Assembly (NCBI GenBank): GCA_964016885.1
Contig: OZ024743.1
Location: 51,708,001 to 51,772,000, forward strand
DNA length: 64,000 nt
Direction of reading: 5' to 3'
DNA from: Eledone cirrhosa
Taxonomy: Eukaryota
Below are positions 24,166-35,510 of the stretch, piece by piece. The position numbers and the translations under genes are program-made. Positions within the stretch are counted from its first letter, which is position 1. Each line of letters opens with the position of its first letter. The notes below the pieces were generated by a model. The model did no database searches. It worked only from the letters and a program-made list of their open reading frames with translations, and had not been told where the DNA came from.

Positions 24166-24929
24166 TTTATTCATTTATTATGGCGATTGGTGAGTTTGTT
24201 ACTCTAAAGCTTCACCTGCGCATTCACAGGATCATCAGACAAGACTGGTGATTCTGTGAGTACACAGGTGAGACTCCAGAGTAACAAGGCTTAGCAATAA
24301 TAAATGAATATTTAAACTCTACTTCGGTATTGAGTTTTCATCCTTACGTCCGTCAATAATTCACGTACTCTCAGGTCTTGAATAATCGTCCCCTACTGCG
24401 CTTATTAATTTGTCAGCGATATTTGAAATTTGAAATTTGAAATTTGAAAACGATAGTGAACTGCCCACATGGTCAACTAAGGACTTCAAATGGGCATTTT
24501 TTGAAATCGCACTTATTTCAAAAACTTATTCTGACATTCCCATAATAGTAACTAACATGGTTACATTTGCTGTACGCCTAATTCTTGGCAATTTTCAGAG
24601 GCCTGTAGATGGAAAAATATACAAGATACACTTGATTTGAACTCTACAGAAAAAGTTAGCCCCAAACTCATGATTTCAAAGTCGTGCTTACCTTATTAGA
24701 GGAGAAATGGCTGTCTCAAGTTGGTCCGAGAGGCTTGTTTGGAAAAAAAATGTATAATTAATGAATATTTTAAAGGCCTTCAATTTCAAAACTATCAAAG
24801 ATATTGACCTAATACTTGATATTTTTCCATCATATAGGTACAGGAGCTAGTATTAACTTTTTCAGGGGGGTCTGAGGTGGTGACCTGGGACCCTCTGGGA
24901 GATTTGAGATGGAATGACCCATATCCATT

Positions 24930-25190
24930 GCCCCTGCATAAGTGGAATTGAATGTAGTGTGCAAGAGAGAAGACTGCGCTGATATGTGATGCGTATGGAG
25001 GATAACAGCTGCATAAAGAAAAGCAAACGTTCGCAGTGGCTGGAAGCCGTGGAAATGGTAATCCTTGGAAGACTTGGAACGTGGTAGTGAAGAGCAACTA
25101 AGCCTTACAACTGAGATGACAAAGGATTAGGAGCACTGGTGTTATGCTGGGATGATGAAAACCCGGCTACAAACATACAATATGACCCAT
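24930..25190 (+). mobile_element. Short RTE 3'-end remnant
   Basis: ..VQERRLR.YVMRMEDNSCIKK..GSRGNGNPWKTW similarity to the other RTE copies. Confidence 0.65.
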
Positions 25191-25829
25191 CTTTGTCACA
25201 ACTAAAGGGCTCTCCCAACCCTTTGTTTGGTAGGTTTTCTACAGTTCGATGTCCTTCCTATAATCAACTACGTGACAGGAAATACTGGGTGCGTTTATTG
25301 TGTTGATCAACAACACTAGAGAGGTTGCCGTACCGTGGCACGACTGAATGGTCCTCTCGACCGTTCTTTTTCATAGAGATGGGAACACTCTGTGCTGGAA
25401 ACGGGTGGTGTAGGAGAGAATAGCTCAGGAGTGATAATGGAGGGGGTACATGTGGGATGTAGAGACTAGCTACTAGGGTTCGTTAGTGAGGGTATCTAAG
25501 GGTTTTATGGCGAGGAGAGGACAGTAGCTAAGGGATGAATAAAGGAGGAAGCATGGGTAGGGGTGCCAGTGGAGAAGACATGGGTGGGGTTGCTAGTAGA
25601 GGAGACATTGGGTGGGGATGCCAGTAGAGGAGATATTGGTGTGGTACATAATAGTGAAGAGAGTGGCTACTAGAATGCGATAGTGGGTAAGTCTAGAGAC
25701 CTTGGGGAAGGAAGCAGCTAAGGAGTAAGTTTTGTGGGGAGGTTATGGGACTGTGAGGTGGGAGTAGTGGTGTTGAGAATAGCGTTTAGTGAGTGCTAGG
25801 GGAAGGAGTGGGACATGGGGATAGATCAG

Positions 25830-26105
25830 GCCACATTGTATGCCGGGTCTTCTTCAGCACAACATAACGCCCTCACTGTCCTTTGACATTTCTGTTCTGA
25901 GGTTTAGTTTTTTTAAGGTCGATCTTCACAACTTCCATGTCTTCCTATGTCTACCTCATGGGTCCCAGTCATTGAGGTTTCTCTGCATTTCTTAATGGAG
26001 CTGCTATCTTCCATGCGTATCACATGTCCATACCAACGCAGTCTTGCACACTACATTCAATTCCTCTTATACTGTTCACTATCATTACACATACATCGGA
26101 GCATA
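25830..26105 (-). mobile_element. Short RTE 3'-end remnant
   Basis: Reverse strand reads RLRWYGHVIRMEDSSSIKKC...GRHRKTW-like. Confidence 0.65.
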
Positions 26106-26109
26106 CTCG

Positions 26110-26790
26110 TCTTGTTTGTTTCAATGGATCGCTGCAACATCTGTTCAGTGGTTATAGTAAACGGTCACGTCTCGGAACCGTTCAACATCATGCGCTCGAT
26201 CCGTCAAGGTTGTCCCGTTTCGTCCATGTACATACTGACTCTCGAGCCACTACTACACAAGCTGGAGATATTGAGAGGCATCCTAGGTGAACTAGGATAC
26301 GGGAGATCTGTGTCAGCATTTCCGCGTATCCACTCGTCCAGTGTCCAAGCATTGCTGGCTTTTGGGTTCATGTCTTGTCATGCGTACGACGGATCCTACT
26401 ATCAGCTGGGTCCATGGTGAAGATCACCCTGTCGCTTTCCTTGTAGCTGAGAAGGAGAGGCAGTTTTTATCTGCCTGGTGGCCACATCAAAAGGGGTCGG
26501 ATACGTTTGAAAGCGTTGAAGACAAGCACTTTCCTCTTCGGCGAAGCTCTGATTGAATTTTTCAGGTTTCACTTGAAGAGAAAACTCAGGGTGGAGAGCA
26601 AAGAGCTGGCTTCCATCCAGTTTGTTGAAAAGTGGGTGAGAGAGGCCACTCTGATATCCAAGTGAATGGTCCTGCTCTGAGGGTTCACCTGTAGATTGGA
26701 GAAGGACAACTGGGAGGGGACACTTGCTCTAGCGGTCAGAGTGACCGTTCTGGGAGGAGGCACTTGCTCTAGCGGTCAGGGTGACCCTTA
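26110..26790 (+). mobile_element. Heavily deleted L1/Tx1-like retroelement remnant
   Basis: SVVIVNGHVSEPFNIMRSIRQGCPVS..YILTLEPLL is an L1/Tx1-type RT motif; ends in a ~41-bp direct duplication (26720-26788). Confidence 0.6.
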
Positions 26791-26977
26791 TTTATTCTAC
26801 TCGTGACCCCCATAAGCCTCTCCTACTGGGGAATTTAATCTGTTTGATTTTTTTTACGTGATTTTACGGGCAAAGCCAACCAGCAGGATGTAGACCTCGA
26901 ACAAGATAGTTGGATAATATCCATGAGCTCGGCTTGTTTCGGTTGGGGATTCAGCTGGGGCCGTTGAAGACAGTTGC

Positions 26978-27092
26978 TTCTGATAGGACCCACTGAAGGG
27001 AGAGTTTCTGATAGGACCTACTGGAAGGAGAGTTTCTGATAGGACCCACTGGAAGGAGAGTTTCTGATAGGACCCACTAGAGGAAGAGTTTC
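26978..27092. repeat. 28-bp tandem repeat, 4 copies
   Basis: TTCTGATAGGACCCACTGGAAGGAGAGT. Confidence 0.9.
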
Positions 27093-27242
27093 AGGACTCT
27101 GCTTTCACGGCTCTCATGCGAATAAGTGAGAGAAGAATCAGTGTTTGTTCGTGTCTGAACCACCTGAATTCTATATGCTTGAGGTTCAGTGGCTGACGTC
27201 AGACCTGTAATTTTGAATTGTTGTTATTATCAATAAATATAT

Positions 27243-27396
27243 TTCATTATTTCTGAAGACGGCATATATATGTGTTGGTATGTATATTTAATTTTGATAG
27301 TTTGTATAATTTTGTATAATTTTGTACATAGATCTGTTGAATATGCATGCCAATTCCAACACATATATATCCTAGAAACGATCGTTAAATAATGAA
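27243..27396 (+). ncRNA. Type I hammerhead ribozyme-like motif with long stem II
   Basis: TTCATTATTT-CTGAAGA-[ATATATATGTGTTGG...CCAACACATATATAT]-GAAA-CGATCG-TT-AAATAATGAA: perfect 10-bp stem I and palindromic stem III. The base of stem II is imperfect. Confidence 0.6.
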
Positions 27397-27870
27397 CTTT
27401 TTTTGTTTAATATAAGGAACTGTTTCATTGTTTTATTCATTATTTTTTTAATATTTTATATATATATATATATATATATTCAGTTTACCAATGCATTTAT
27501 TTAGTCGTTGGCATCGGGTCAGCTATGATCCTGTTGATTATTGAAATGATGGAAGACATCCCAGCCATGTACAACCCATCTTTCTTATTTCTAAATGTAC
27601 GATAGAAAGACTACATAATTTAACAAGCCCTTCCATTTTTTTTTTAAAGAAAGGGTGTTATTTGTGGGAAACTTGGCTGTTATTTCTAGCAGGTCGAGTC
27701 ACTAGGGTGTTATTCGAAGGAGATTTGGCTGCCATTTCTAGTGACAACTTCCAGGCTGGGTTCGTTATTTCTTTATAAATTTCCTAATTTTTGTTTTTCG
27801 TCCAACAACGGTGGTTGGCCAAATAGGTTTCCATAACAAACTGATTGACCATTCAGAAGTAGTCTAAGGT

Positions 27871-27893
27871 TGACGTCAGAGTCACGTTTCAAA
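27871..27893 (+). promoter_or_regulatory. Candidate MAD2L1BP proximal promoter motifs: CRE (TGACGTCA) and CHR-like TTTGAA on the reverse strand
   Basis: TGACGTCA at 27871-27878 and TTCAAA at 27888-27893, about 30-50 nt before the ATG. These are short motifs and function is inferred only. Confidence 0.3.
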
Positions 27894-27921
27894 ATTGTGA
27901 AACCCCGGTAAAACTTCAATA

Positions 27922-28107
27922 ATGGCTTGTTTTAAATCAGCTGTCCTTCCTAACTCTGTTGTCTGTGATATTCCATTTAAAGGGACTATAGACACAGAAA
28001 TTAGAGCACATTTACTTAACGAACTCGTCAAATATATTTTATACGAAAAAAGCCAAATGCCTGAAATGTTTGACCAACTTAAGAAACATATCAACGTCCG
28101 TGGTAAA
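27922..28107 (+). CDS. MAD2L1BP: MAD2L1-binding protein (p31comet), exon 1
   Basis: MACFKS...ELVKYILYEKSQMPEMFDQLKK resembles p31comet ELLKHIMYQRQQLPLPYEQL. Donor AAA|GTAGGT, 186 nt, phase 0. Confidence 0.85.
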
Positions 28108-29409
28108 GTAGGTATATATAGAATTATATTTGGTTTAATTTTGTTAAATTTAAATGTTTTATTTGCATTCATTTCTTTTATTACAAAGTTTAACATTTAC
28201 CAAAATAATTTAGTTTTGGTAGTCACATACATATGGATAATAAAATGGGTTTGAATAAAATAGAAAATACTTCGAAGCATATTCTATATAAAATAGTTAT
28301 TTCCTATTGAAGTTGAGTAAAAACTTCGTTAAAAACACGAAAAATGTTTTCCTTGAACTCCAACTTTTCTATAATTTTACCAAATTCCCTTCCGGTTGAA
28401 ATATTAAAACCCTTTTCATATGTCTTGTTAAATTAATAATACCACAGTTCTATAAATTTAGCTAAAATTAGAAATACGGCAACAAAAAGGTTAAAATATA
28501 ATCTAATAAGAAGTTGGAAGAAAGTTGATAGGAAAAGAGAAAAAATAATTGAAATAATTATTCTACAAAGTGTCCTGTTATATTGTTTCCTATGTTGGTC
28601 AGCTAAAATCTTTCCTCGTTTGATGTTAATGTGATCTTCATTTAATATCAATTGTTTTGTTGACCCAACACAAAAGACTAATGTATAATGCTGAACTGTT
28701 TGATTTAAATGGTAACGTTGTTTGAAGCTTTTCTTTTTAGAATCTCACCTATCCCGTAGAAATTACTAATTTCAACAAGAACATTTTGGCTAAAACCAAT
28801 AACAATAACAAATATGTTTACTTCGAGCGAAGGCGTGAAAATTCATGAATGGATTAGCAATATCGATAGAGGGGCAGCCACCATGCTTTGACGCATAGTT
28901 ACGGCCCTTTATGATCTGAGTTCAAATCCCGCCGAGGTTAATATCGCCTCTCATCTTTACGGGGGTCGATAAAATAAAGTAGCAGTAATACACTAGGATA
29001 ATTGCTGGCCTTGTGCCAAAAGTAGAAACAATTAAATACATTTTTTTGTTGTTGGAACATCTTAAGATTCTTTCTTCAGTTTCAGCTCCCTCTCTTTAAT
29101 ATTTCACGGCTCTAGTTTTGCACTTTTATCGAATTTACAGTTTCAAATGTTCACAACACATTTCCCTCCTTTTTTCAGTTTCAAATTCCTCTCTTCAATG
29201 CCTACTGTTCTATTTTTGCACTGAGGCAATAGGGTGAACAAAAAAAAAAAGTTTTTCCCCGAGTGTTCTCTCCGATATCGCCCCCTGTGTCGAGCTAAAC
29301 TGTTTGGTCTCACAAAGCTCAATGGTGACCTCTGCCCCAAAGCAGTTGGGTGTATTCTGTGACGGCTCACAGCAAAAGTGTTTCATTGCTCTCTGACTGC
29401 AGAATTTTC

Positions 29410-30490
29410 CCCTACTTAGCTAGGTGTGGGTACCAAGCTATGTTGTGAGGATGCTGCTAACGCCACCAGAGCTTTTACCTGCCTTGAGACTACAAACGTT
29501 ATCAAACTTGATCTCAGGAATGCTTTCAACTCCATCAATCAGGATGTCATCCTCTATTCAGTTAGGGAAAGGGCCCCACAGTTCTACCACTTGGCAAGCT
29601 TATCAGGAGCCCTCCTACCTCTCCTTTGGTGACCATTTCATCCTAACTGCTTCAGGAGTCCAGGATAACCCACTCGGACCTGCTCTATTTGCATTGGGTA
29701 TCGATGATATGACCAAGAGATGGGGGCTGACCTGGATTTGAATGTCTGGTGTCTTGATGAGGCTTTTTTGTAGGGCTCCAGATAAGGTCCTTGCAAATGC
29801 GGGGACGATAATTGAGGAGCTTGGTTGTAGGGACCTCTACATCAACAGTTCCAAATGCAAGTTCTGGCTCCTCAACAACCCACATCTGTAGACCCGTTTA
29901 GATTTCTTCCCCTTATTTGGTCTCTCCCTCATTAACATGGTGCTCCTTCCTTCCCCTTATTTGGTCTCTCCCTCATCAACATGGTGCTCCTTCCTTCCCC
30001 TTATTTGGTCTCTCCCTCATCAACATGGTGCTCCTTCCTTCCCCTTATTTGGTCTCTCCCTCATCAACATGGTGCTCCTTCCTTCCCCTTATTTGGTCTC
30101 TCCCTCATCAACATGGTGTTCCTTCCCCTTATTTGGTCTCTCCCTCATCAACATGATGCTCCTTCCTTCCCCTTATTTGGTCTCTCCCTCATTAACATGG
30201 TGCTCCTTCCTTCCCCTTATTTGGTCTCTCCCTCATTAACATGGTGCTCCTTCCTTCCCCTTATTTGGTCTCTCCCTCATCAACATGATGCTCCTTCCTT
30301 CCCCTTATTTGGTCTCTCCCTCATCAACATGGTGCTCCTTTTAGAGCCTGAATTACTGACTGAGCTTTTGAGTCATCTTTTGATCAAAGTTAGCTAATCT
30401 CAAGCAACTACTAAAAAAGCCTTGAGGCAATTGAACTTCAAGGTTTTTTATACTAAAGAATTACCTGTTGATTCCTAAGCTTTTATATAA
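29410..30490 (+). mobile_element. CRE-clade non-LTR retrotransposon RT remnant, interrupted by a minisatellite
   Basis: LGVGTKLCCEDAANATR, KLDLRNAFNSIN, GVQ-DNPLGPALFALGI, VWCLDE (WYLDD relic), and after the array LLIPKLLY. Confidence 0.7.
29906..30339. repeat. 44-bp minisatellite, about 10 copies
   Basis: Unit CTTCCCCTTATTTGGTCTCTCCCTCATCAACATGGTGCTCCTTC. Confidence 0.97.
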
Positions 30491-30789
30491 TTTTGTGGTA
30501 TATAAGGTTCCATGAATTCTATTTTTATGCAAAACATCATGATTATATTTTCTTTCGTTTGGAGTTTAGATTTTAATGTGGAATATTTATGTAATTAAGT
30601 ATTATGTATATTTTCATTCTGTAATAATTATAAACAGTTTGTAATGTTATTTAGACAATTGTGAATAAAATTCCCCATTATATGTGTATAAATATACCAG
30701 ACATGGTATATATATTTCCCATTATATATTTATAAATATACTAGACATGGTATATTTACCAGTATAAATGTCTGCTTGTATAGGTATAC

Positions 30790-30827
<38 letters not shown>

Positions 30828-30830
30828 ATG

Positions 30831-31044
30831 GAAAAGTTAAACAGAAATAACACAATCGGTACAGTATATGGAAGGGATATATTAGGTTAACGCTTGATAT
30901 AGCAGGAAGAGGGTCTTAACGTTTCGGACATTAGTCCTTCACCAGAAGAAAGAATGAGAAATAAGATAGATTGAGGGGACGGGCGGGCTGGAATTGGAAA
31001 AAATGTCTTTAGATAAAAATAATAGGTCCATTCATGTTGATATC
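30831..31044 (-). mobile_element. Same dispersed repeat, copy 2 (hammerhead core mutated to CTGGTGA)
   Basis: AACAGAAATAACACAATCGGTACAGT...GTTTCGGACATTAGTCCTTCACCAGAAGAAAG...GGTCCATTCATGTTGA. Confidence 0.65.
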
Positions 31045-31742
31045 TCTTGCAAAACCGTTGGTGCTGGTGTTTTGTGTATATATACACACATGAATGTTAG
31101 CTTAAAGTTATTGGCTTCAAGACAGATTTTTGACTATGAAAAATAGTCGAAGTTGGGCTTATAAGCCCCTAGAGATGGAAGGAAGTGACCAGGATTTCTC
31201 AAAGGCTTCAAACTTTCACCTGTTGTGTGTCAGAAGACTGTCACCATTATATCAAAATGAGAGTAACAAATTGTCCTGTAATAATCAGACTAAAGATATG
31301 TCTGTTAGTGTTTTTGTGCTCTCTAAACGTTTTACAAAATAGTTTCTTGTGTCAGTCATGAGTTTGTATCAGATGTTAGTTTTTATGTCAGATATAGCTG
31401 AGACACGGGCCAACAGGGGCTCCACACGTGTGTATACATATCTAACAATATTAGGTTTCTAAAAAGTCACCCGTCTTTTTTAGCCATTCTTTATATATCG
31501 TGGACCTTCCTTTAAACAACCTGAATTATATCAGTAAAATACTAGTTGGATGAGATTATATAATCTACTTCTTAAATAGACTTTCTGTTTGTCAAAATAA
31601 AACCCCTAAAATCTTTTAAAATATATTCATATACTGTATATTTTGTTTATACAATTAAAAATTTTGTTTACATTTCTTTTGTTTTTTTGTATATATATAT
31701 ATATATATAGTTTTACTTATTCTATTTTCATTTTTCTTCCAG

Positions 31743-32378
31743 AATGCAAATCCCAAGTTTTCCAACAAGAACGATAGACAGGCCTTCCTGCTTTATTCTA
31801 GCTGTGAAAAACTATTTGGAAGCATTCTGGCTAATTTCCATAGCTTTCCTCAAATCCAAGAATGTGTCGTTATTCTAGGTTCCTCTCCAATTAGTCCCAA
31901 GGAGGTATTCCACATCACATTTCCTCCTGAAGATCCTAGTAGTCCCTCCACAAAGCCCCTCTCTGCTAAAGACTGCAAAAGATTTCTCTTCTTGCAGATC
32001 TTTGCAAAAGACCCATTTTTCAGTGGCTCAAGACTACCATGCACCAACCTGCATGTCTTACTACTTGCTCCACGTCAACTCAAGTTGAATGGTTTCTCTG
32101 CCAAACCTGTCTATAAACCTTCAAAACGTGGGCAACATTATTATTTAAACCTCTTGCAAGATAATGATGTCGATGACGAGGTCTCTTTTCATCCGAAACA
32201 CAACTGCGACGATCTTGACCTGTCTGGATTTCAACCTCTGTCATCAGTCAATAAAGATGAGAAAGTCTTGACTGACTTAGATGCCTTGAACCTCTTAGAT
32301 GATGAAGATAATGACCATATATGGTATCAGGCAAACATTAGTGTCAAAGGTTACAATGCAACTGTACCAACAACTTAG
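31743..32378 (+). CDS. MAD2L1BP: MAD2L1-binding protein (p31comet), exon 2 to stop
   Basis: TTTTTCTTCCAG| phase 0, open frame with VVILGSSPISPKEVFHI, FSAKPVYK and IWYQANISVKGY (p31comet C-terminal IWFQA...KGF). Spliced product 273 aa. Confidence 0.88.
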   Translation, partial: NANPKFSNKNDRQAFLLYSSCEKLFGSILANFHSFPQIQECVVILGSSPISPKEVFHITFPPEDPSSPSTKPLSAKDCKRFLFLQIFAKDPFFSGSRLPCTNLHVLLLAPRQLKLNGFSAKPVYKPSKRGQHYYLNLLQDNDVDDEVSFHPKHNCDDLDLSGFQPLSSVNKDEKVLTDLDALNLLDDEDNDHIWYQANISVKGYNATVPTT

Positions 32379-35300
32379 TCCACAATTTCTGAAAGGAATT
32401 TTACTAAAAAGGTTTGTGAGGAGACATGACAGGCTGGGTGACTGATTATTATTTTTGAGAATGGATTGGCAGAATCATTAGTGTTGGATAAAATGTTTAA
32501 CAACAAATTTACCTTTCATCCTTCTTGAGTTGATAAAATAAGTATAAGTCAGGTACTGGGTTTGATGTAAGCAACTTTCTCTTCCCTGAAAGGATTATTA
32601 ACCTTGTGCTTAAATTATAAATATTTGTCTGACAAGAGAAAATGTCTTGCTGTATTTAGTTACGTTCACATCCAGTTTTGGTAATCTTACCCAACCCAAA
32701 AGGATGATAGGTAGAGAAAGTGAAGTACCAGTGAAATACTGGTGTCGACATAATCATATAACCACTTCTTCCCTCAATATTTGTTTTTTATTTCTTTTAT
32801 TTTTTCATTGTTTTTAAGTTTGAATTATCTCCCTTGGTATTCTAACTTATTTCCCCCTTTATCTGAAGTGGTGGTGGAGAGCTTTGTACATAGGTTTACC
32901 TGGTCTATATACGTGTATGCCCACCCACACACATATTCAAAAATAATTCCCCTTGTCTGTGTGTTTGTGTATCATTATCATTTTAAAGTACATTTTTCTA
33001 CACTGTCGAAGGACGAGATGTTTTGAGTTGTTTTACATTTGGATGCTATTCCTTGTGCCCCTTACAGCATGCAGTGTCCCTATTCTAACGGAGACATGGC
33101 AGGATACATCTGTGTGCAGAGAGGTGTATATATGTTTTTCAAATGCTAGTGTACATATAAATGTTAAAATATTAATGGAATGAGCACACAATGTGAGCTG
33201 AGGGTATATTTTCTGTTAAAGAATGTGGCAGTAAAAAGGTTTTGACATGATTGGGAGGAGGCTCTTTTTTTCTTAGCTTTTTATATTTTGGGGGTTGGTA
33301 TTTATGGTATTTGGCAAATCTGGCAAACACAATTCAGCTAAATTTTAAACTAATTTATCTATATTCATTTTTTTTTTTTTTTTTTCATTATAAAATTATC
33401 TGGTTTGTGTTTTCATCAACATCATCATCGTTTAACGAAAAAAGTACATAGCACATCAAAGAAGTGCTATATTTTGAAATATCCAGACACTAAACTCAGC
33501 CAGTTGCAGGTTGCGCATTGACATGAGATATTTTTCTCCACAAAGTACCAACAGCAGAGTTTAAAGAGCAATGGTTCAAGTCTAGTCCATAAGTTGACAT
33601 TGTCATCGTTATAGTAAAGACAGAGCATGTGGGCAGAAGTCATCGCATGTGAGAGGCACAAACGTAGAATACTTCATTGTCATTTGATGGGGGGAGGAGG
33701 TGAACTATCAGCCACGCACGCCAGTTGCATTCAGTTTTCCTTAATAGATAAATTAGTATAAAATTTAGACGAATTGTGTTCGATGAATTCACCTAGAGAA
33801 TGTTATCAATTTGTAGCCAGGCAAATATGTGGACTTTGAGTTATGTTTTTTAAAAGGGCATTTGTAGAAGAGGCACCCACTGAAATGATGAAGCAACTGC
33901 AACTTTTTCCTTAAGAAAATAAATATAAATGTTTATTCATATAACTTTTTATCTGAGGCTCTGATAAGGGTCATGAGCACTGCCTTCCTGAATAAACAAG
34001 TTAAATAACGTTGCCATGTAGTTGCTCTTTAGTTGTATATAACTATAGCTCAGTATAGTGCTGTATAACGATTATAGCTGGGAGTTGTATACAACTAATC
34101 CATACTCTAGTTGTAAGACTACAACACATTGTATGACCACACAATGCACCTGATATGTTTAAAGGAGTGAAATTAAATATATGAAATACAATTTATATTT
34201 TGTACTATGTAGTCTTGTTTTTCTGATGGAGTGTGTCTGATTGTTGATGTTTTGACATGAGAAAATATTTCATCAGTTCTAGATTTTGGTTGGTTTTCAG
34301 GAAATCATCATTTTACATTGGTAAGAGTTGGACAGGTTGGAGACTAGACATGATCAGGTAACCATCTTGTACTCATATATTCCATAATTTGGCATGGGTT
34401 TTATGGTTGGATGTTGTTTTTAAACCCATCACTTTACAGAGTGCTCTGAGTGTTTTATTGTGGAACCAACATTAGAGATGTTGCCTTCGGAAAAACTGAA
34501 CAGTCCTCTCTGCCCTATATATCTTCATATTAAGGCTGAACAGATTCAAAATGTAAACTATGCTTTTTCAAAGGTTAATGTTGGTAACTTCGTTTGCCAG
34601 TGCCCATCAAATTCATTAGGAAAGCTAAATGCGGAACTTAAATACATCTTAAAAGATGCAGAAGTTTAAACACTTGACTATATCCTAATGAGCATACAAA
34701 AAATCGTGAAAAATAGAGAACCTTTAGAATCTATCCAAACTTTCAAATTTGTTTTCTTCCCATAATGTTCCTGTTGGACTATTATTGTGCACGTTATAAT
34801 ACACTCAGTAGAGTGGTTGGTGTTAGGAAGGGCATTCATATGTAGAAACCATACATAACAGGGTTGAGAGAACTCTTTGTGTCAAGGACATGATTACTTC
34901 TCTAGTGTTGGTATCATGATAAAATGTACCAATTATACTTTGTAGAATGTTTGGTATTCAAGGACATGACAACCTCACTAGTGTTAATGTCATGATAAAA
35001 TACACTCTGTAAAGTGGTTGGTGATAAGGGCATCCAGCTAAAATCAGAACATAAGATGTGGCTTGAAACCTGCTTTGAAATATAGTAGCTCCAATAAGTA
35101 CTGACTCGATGATCAAACCAACCCATGCTAACATGGAAGAAGAGACAATATAGAATTTAATGTTTTCTAAATTTTCCAAGTTGATGTGTAAACCACGAAA
35201 TGAAGGTAGCTTAAACCTACCATTAATAAAGATTATTTCTGCAGTGAATTGACAGTGTTAGATTCAATGCCTTGCAATATTTGTTGTGGCTATCTTAGTT

Positions 35301-35380
35301 CTCAGGTCAAATCCAACTGACATCAACTTTGCTTTCATTCTTTCGGGGTTGATAAAGCATTAGTCCAAGGCAGTGGGTTG

Positions 35381-35510
35381 GAAGGTGCATGGCTTAGTGG
35401 TTAGAGCATTGGGCTTGCAATCGAAAGGTTGTTTCCTTGAGCAAGACACTTTATTTCACGTTACTCCAGTTTACTCAGCTGTAGAAATGAGATGATAGGA
35501 CTGGTGTCCC
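35381..35510 (+). mobile_element. tRNA-derived SINE (B box deleted)
   Basis: GCATGGCTTAGTGGTTAGAGCATTGG...CCTTGAGCAAGACACTTTATTTCAC. Confidence 0.8.

Noticed and set aside
34030-34097. Small inverted repeat TAGTTGTATATAACT / AGTTGTATACAACTA
   Set aside because: Short, AT-rich and self-palindromic; no further support.
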